From positions 9,959,478 through 10,009,604 of the forward strand of contig NC_068997.1 of NCBI RefSeq assembly GCF_001194135.2: a stretch of 50,127 nucleotides of DNA, in the 5' to 3' direction. A program made the position numbers and the translations under genes. Of this stretch, positions 46,826 to 50,127 are shown piece by piece. This DNA comes from Octopus bimaculoides (taxonomy: Eukaryota). Position 1 is the stretch's first letter. Every line of letters begins with the position of its first letter. The notes beneath the pieces are model-generated. The model did no database searches. It had not been told where the DNA came from and saw only the letters and a program-made list of their open reading frames with translations.

Positions 46826-47415
46826 AGTTGATAACATTGATCCTAGTACTTGACTGCTACTTATTTCATCAACCCCTACAGAATGAAAGGGAAAGTTGAC
46901 CACAGAAGGATTTGAACTCAAAATGTAAGGACGGACAAAATGCTGCTAAACATTTTGCCTGGCATGCTAACAATTCTGCTAACTCACCATCTTCCATACA
47001 CATAATATGGGACACTTTTAGTTCCCATCTACCAAATTCACTTGCAAGGCATTGGTTCACCCAAGGGTATAAGAGAAAACGCTTTTCTTTTCTACTCTAA
47101 GCACAAGGCTTGAAATTTTTGGTGGTAAGATGGCAGAAACGTTAGCACACTGAGCGAAATGCTTAGCGGTGTTTCATGTCTTCAAATTCCACCGAGGTCG
47201 ACTTTGCCTTTCATCCTTTTGGGGCCAATAAATTAAGTACTAGTTGTGTACTGGGGTCAATCTAATTGACTGGACCCCTCCCCAGAAATTTCAGGCCTTG
47301 TGCCTAGAGTAGAAAAGAAAAGAAAACACTTGCCCAAGGTGCTATGCCTTGGAATTGAACCCAAGACTGCATGGTTAGGAAAGCAAGTTTCTTAAACACA
47401 CAACCATACCTGTAC
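46826..47415. mobile_element. Nested SINE cluster: family A (46826-46992, minus); family B head (47030-47415, minus) split by an A tail (47083-47116, minus) and a full A copy (47117-47325, plus)
   Basis: The family B head resumes at ACACTTGCCCAAGG right after the A tail. Confidence 0.75.
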
Positions 47416-47420
47416 CTATA

Positions 47421-47470
<50 letters not shown>

Positions 47471-47802
47471 CAGTGCATGCCATCATAGTAACACTGGGGT
47501 GAAATATATGAAGCCCACTGATAAGGGGACACTAGGCACTATGTATGTATGTATGTATATCATTGTTCAGTTTTATTTCAAGATTTCTTGCTAATAGAGA
47601 AAGAGCTGGTTTCTAGCCTTTATTGGAATTTCAATGTCAGCAACTGGGTATTTTTGTATGTATATGTGCAGATATGTATATTATGCTTTATGTATGTATG
47701 AATCATTCTTCTCTTTCTAATTATATATGAACATAAATACATGTGTCCACACATGTATATCTACTACATACATACTTATATTCATACATATCTGAGTATT
47801 CT

Positions 47803-47865
<63 letters not shown>

Positions 47866-48357
47866 ATGCATATTTAGTATGAGTTATAACTAGAATATTA
47901 TGTGTTCACAGACTGTTAACCCCAACCTCTGTGTTTGTATCTAAGCTATGGTTCAATGGTTATATTCTCTGTTTTATTGACTTATTTCTGTGTTTATATG
48001 TTTACATAACTGTCTCCGTGTGAGTGCGTACATGTGTGTATGAATGCATGTCTGTATGAGTTTATGTGCTCATATAGATCTATCTACAAGTAACTGTGGC
48101 ATAATAGATAAGACTGTTGCAAACTTGTGCTTGAAATAAGAGCACTTACCCTGGCCAGCTCAGGTTATACATTATGTATGAAACACAGCACTGGAATATG
48201 ATGGCTGATTTGTTTAACCCCAGGTTGGCCATTAACTATGATTGAGTAAGCCTATGATCAAAGGTATTCTGGCCATGGCCTTCTCAGCCATTGTTTTGTG
48301 GAAGGGGTAGGGAAGGATGAATGGGAGAGCATACGGTTTATTTAGAACTACATTATC

Positions 48358-48515
48358 ATGGAAGCTGCATGGCTGAATGATTCAGAAGCTTGTTTCTCTA
48401 TTACAAGTTCCTGGGTTCAATCCCATAGCATGGCATCTTAACCAAGTGTTTTTTTTTTAATCGTGGCCTTGGGTTGAGTGAAAGTAGATAGACAAGAAAC
48501 TGTTTAAAAGTCCAT
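48358..48515 (+). mobile_element. Degenerate family B head
   Basis: CATGGCTG...AAGCTTGTTT...GGTTCAATCCC...TGGCATCTT. Confidence 0.6.
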
Positions 48516-49754
48516 CAGATGGATTGCACTTAATTACTTAAGCTCCTTCATTCTTGCTATAGCATGGGTTGTCAATGACTTTTCTTCTCTTCTTGACCCT
48601 GAGCTGTCTTTTGTTTCCTCTCCCTGGTCTTGTTGGTTTTGCATTATCATCGATGTTCCTCTAACTTTTGTTTTTTTCTAGATGGTGGGACAGGGGTGTT
48701 GGCCCCCAAATAAACCCATTTTTACTTCTGGGGAGAAGGGGACCATGTTAGTCTAGCTTCTATCCTTTGACTTGTCAAGTATTTGAGACCCTACCAGGAT
48801 TGTATATTCCACTGTGGTGGCATTAGATAGATTGAATCTGTAATGTAAAGGGGTGACTTCGGCATACACTGTCTCACATAGATGCTCCCTAAGGATTTTG
48901 TTAAGAGTACACATATATTTAGAATACTCAATTACTTATATGAGCCAGTAGCTCAGTGGATCAACTAAAAATGCTCATCGTATGCATGGGCAACTGGTTA
49001 GTTGCACTGTTAGATGTGTGTGCGCACACGTGCATGCACACACATACACAAGCTAATATTGAACAGTGAGAACGAATGCTCAACACTGCCTTAGTGGATA
49101 AATATTTGGCTTTGTCCAGAGATAAAAATAAAACGACATACGACATCTTTATCCAATATGGTATGGACACTTAAAGAGAGGATCGTTAACAACCTCCATA
49201 CAAACTGGAGCCTTATAGCTAAGGCTAGCAAATATAGGAGGTGGGGCAGCAAAAGCAAGCTTTGCATTACTAAATGTCATAACTAAAAATATGCATCACT
49301 AAATATCATAACATCAACAGTGAATGTTTTGAACATTAAAGAGGAAACCTTCTCCCACTGCATGCACAAGCAACAATTCATTCTTGGGAATTTTAAGCAT
49401 ACCCCCCACCACCACTTCATCACCCCTCTGACCTGGATAAGTTCTTTTCTGGATATTGATTATATGCATTATATGAGCATTATGCATTAACGACACATCC
49501 CCTCCCCAACTTATGCTAGATTCCCTCGTTACGCAGATATATGTGCATTGCATATATTCATGACATCACACGATGCACATAAAAAAATACATATGTGCAC
49601 AAACTTATGAATCCACAACCCCAGGGACCAAGTTTGGTGACAAAATCTGTGAGCTTCCACCATTATGTACACAAACACAAACAGAACATATAATGCAGCT
49701 GTGTTTGCGTGCATGTGTGTATGTATGCATATATCTATCTGTGTGTATGCATGT

Positions 49755-49940
49755 GTATGTGTTTGTCCCCCACTGTGACACTTGATGACTTAGTGGCTCA
49801 ACAAAAGAGACCGACAGAATAAGTAGTAAACTTAAAACAAAATCCAAATTTCTGATTTGGTTGGTTCGTTTGACTAAACCCTGCAAGGTGATGCTCCAGC
49901 ATGACCTGAGTCCAATCACTGAAACAAGTAAATGACAAAA
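49755..49940 (+). mobile_element. SINE family B 3' half
   Basis: GTTTGTCCCCC...GAGACCGACAGAATAAGT...GCTCCAGCATGACC...ACTGAAACAAGTAAA. Confidence 0.8.
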
Positions 49941-50127
49941 GAAGCACACACACACGCATACACACCACTACCAAAGGCATCCACCTCATCAGCACCATCA
50001 TCTTGGCAATGGTTATGATGCTGCTGCTAATGATGATGATGGTGACAACAACAATGATGCAGAAGAGGATCATAATCATCATCAACATTGTTTTCACTCC
50101 CCACTTCACACCACCATACCCTCCCAC

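Noticed and set aside
48144-48151. Strong minus-strand donor (CAGG|GTAAGT)
   Set aside because: The upstream sequence is a family G-like repeat with no convincing exon.
46405-50127. Search for the next AARSD1 exon (ETLLFLTVGDEK-like), including AG candidates at 46466 and 48681
   Set aside because: No translation resembles the expected peptide; the exon is presumably beyond the window.
1-50127. Antisense orientation bias of SINEs within the gene
   Set aside because: Family B leans minus (roughly 2:1) but family A is about even; numbers are too small to support a claim.
49798-50127. 109-aa hydrophobic minus-strand ORF at the window end
   Set aside because: Derived from (CAT/GAT)-type low-complexity DNA plus a family B SINE.

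Overview
This is eukaryotic, AT-rich, microsatellite- and gap-rich DNA. Its SINE repertoire looks like an octopus (coleoid cephalopod) genome; this is inferred from recalled repeat sequences, not a database search. The window lies inside one intron-rich + strand gene, AARSD1 (alanyl-tRNA editing protein, AlaXp family). I reconstructed eight internal coding exons by eye (1338-1479, 12303-12360, 20153-20312, 28412-28528, 35677-35807, 40700-40766, ~42369-42460, 46350-46404). They have GT-AG ends and compatible phases (the exon 7 acceptor lies in a gap) and encode the HSGQH and CCGTH zinc-ligand motifs. The start and stop exons are not visible. The 1.6-10.8 kb introns hold several SINE-like families, two RTE-clade LINE 3' fragments (one 5'-inverted), two decayed Ty3/Gypsy relics, a mariner fragment, MITE/foldback elements, a Helitron-like 3' end and a Penelope-like terminal fragment with a hammerhead-like motif. 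Nearly all ORFs in the supplied track are microsatellite or N-gap artefacts. I found no CRISPR, rRNA or tRNA genes, and no clearly novel multi-gene system. The best leads are the inverted LINE, the modular SINE network, an intronic CpG-retaining patch with an RFX X-box, the hammerhead-like motif and several hairpin elements. Repeat boundaries are by eye and approximate.
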